Shown here piece after piece: positions 62,001 to 64,000 of a DNA stretch of 64,000 nucleotides. The position numbers and the translations under genes were made by a program. The notes beneath the pieces were generated by a model that was not told where the DNA came from, searched no databases, and was given only the letters and a program-made list of their open reading frames with translations. The stretch spans positions 13,020,001 to 13,084,000 of the forward strand of contig OZ059895.1 of assembly GCA_964057225.1 (NCBI GenBank). The letters run 5' to 3'. The stretch comes from Auanema rhodensis (Eukaryota > Animalia > Nematoda). The stretch's first letter is position 1. Each line of letters opens with the position of its first letter.

Positions 62001-64000
62001 TTACGGCACCCGGGTTTCCCAAGCCGTCTCCGATCCAAGTACTAACCGGGCCCAACGTTGCTTGACTTGCCAGATCGGACGGGATGGCGTACTTTCAACG
62101 TGGTATGGTCGTAAGCGAAAATACCTGATATTCAATGATTTACATACTTATCCTCGTTATTGTTTTTTTTCCAATTTCATGTTAGTTATGTAATTTTCTA
62201 CGTTACATCTAAATCCCTCGATGATATCAAATCTTATGAGATCCAAATACAATAAATTAAAAAGGTTTCACAGTTGTATAGTGTTTAAACAATGTTTGTT
62301 TCAATAGGAAATAGATAGAAACAGTAAAGTTAAGATGAAGGTTCATAAACTACTGGTTTATAACTGTAATATAGAAATAAGATTGAAGATATTTTGATGC
62401 CTTGGGTTGAGCTATCTAAGTAAAACTGCTGGAAAATTAAAAACATTTGTTACGGAAGAGATAAAATTGAAAATCAGCTGCATTGCGTACTTTCAACGTG
62501 GTATGATCGTTAAAAAAATTTGAAAAGCTTACGGCACCCGGGATTCCCAAGCCGTCTCCGATCCAAGTACTAACCGGGCCCAACGTTGCTTGACTTGCCA
62601 GATCGGACGGGATGGCGTACTTTCAACGTGGTATGGTCGTAAGCGAAAATACCTGATATTCAATGATTTACATACTTATCCTCGTTATTGTTTTTTTTTC
62701 AATTTCATGTTAGTTATGTAATTTTCTACGTTACATCTAAATCCCTCGATGATATCAAATCTTATGAGATCCAAATACAATAAATTAAAAAAGGTTTCAC
62801 AGTTGTATAGTGTTTAAACAATGTTTGTTTCAATAGGAAATATATAGAAACAGTAAAGTTAAGATGAAGGTTCATAAACTACTGGTTTATAACTGTAATA
62901 TAGAAATAAGATTGAAGATATTTTGATGCCTTGGGTTGAGCTATCTAAGTAAAACTGCTGGAATATTAAAAACATTTGTTACGGAAGAGATAAAATTGAA
63001 AATCAGCTGCATGGCGTACTTTCAACGTGGTATGGTCGTAAGCGAAAAAATCTGATATTCAATGATTTACATACTTATCCTCGTTATTGTTTTTTTTCCA
63101 ATTTCATGTTAGTTATGTAATTTTCTACGTTACATCTAAATTCCTCGATGATATCAAATCTTATGAGCTCCAAATACAATAAATTAAAAAAGGTTTCACA
63201 GTTGTATAGTGTTAAAACAATGTTTGTTTCAATAGGAAATAGATAGAAACAGTAAAGTTAAGATGAAGGTTCATAAACTACTGGTTTATAACTGTAATAT
63301 AGAAATAAGATTGAAGATATTTTGATGCCTTGGGTTGAGCTATCTAAGTAAAACTGCTGGAAAATTAAAAACATTTGTTACTGAAGAGATAAAATTGAAA
63401 ATCAGCTGCATGGCGTACTTTCAACGTGGTATGGTCGTAAGCGAAAATACCTGATATTCAATGATTTACATACTTATCCTCGTTATTGTTTTTTTTCCAA
63501 TTTCATGTTAGTTATGTAATTTTCTACGTTACATCTAAATTCCTCGATGATATCAAATCTTATGAGCTCCAAATACAATAAATTAAAAAAGGTTTCACAG
63601 TTGTATAGTGTTAAAACAATGTTTGTTTCAATAGGAAATAGATAGAAACAGTAAAGTTAAGATGAAGGTTCATAAACTACTGGTTTATAACTGTAATATA
63701 GAAATAAGATTGAAGATATTTTGATGCCTTGGGTTGAGCTATCTAAGTAAAACTGCTGGAAAATTAAAAACATTTGTTACTGAAGAGATAAAATTGAAAA
63801 TCAGCTGCATTGCGTACTTTCAACGTGGTATGATCGTTAAAAAAATTTGAAAAGCTTACGGCACCCGGGTTTCCCAAGCCGTCTCCGATCCAAGTACTAA
63901 CCGGGCCCAACGTTGCTTGACTTGCCAGATCGGACGGGATGGCGTACTTTCAACGTGGTATGGTCGTAAGCGAAAATACCTGATATTCAATGATTTACAT
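47038..64000 (-). rRNA. 5S rRNA: 5S rDNA tandem array, segment 3 (~26 full genes, ~8 short units), running off the window
   Basis: First full gene 47456-47574, last 63853-63971. Confidence 0.96.

Noticed and set aside
10377-64000. CRISPR-like repeat/spacer pattern from the recurring GCGTACTTTCAACGTGGTATG
   Set aside because: The 'spacers' are identical, the repeat is part of 5S, the context is eukaryotic and there are no cas genes.

Overview
Eukaryotic, almost certainly nematode, DNA (nematode-type 5S rRNA, 40-45 nt GT-AG introns). The window lies inside a tandem 5S rDNA array with all genes on the - strand. By manual count there are ~66 intact 119-nt 5S genes in ~529-bp units, mixed with ~28 ~400-bp units that keep only 5S nt 1-33. 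Three unrelated mobile elements interrupt the array, each with an intact target-site duplication (TSD). (1) A 10.2-kb BEL/Pao LTR element (98-10308) sits inside a 5S gene. It carries gag-pro-pol-int, a phlebovirus-like class II env, and an unusual 3' accessory cassette: a second zinc-knuckle gene plus an ANTISENSE three-exon spliced gene that the ORF track splits into pieces. (2) A 4.2-kb non-autonomous LTR element (21188-25352) has a tRNA-Gln PBS, a 4-bp TSD and unrecognised cargo ORFs. (3) A 3.35-kb Mutator/MULE DNA transposon (43688-47037) has a 9-bp TSD covering exactly the 5S transcription start. All alignments and counts were made by eye, and family and tRNA assignments rest on recalled motifs, not database searches.
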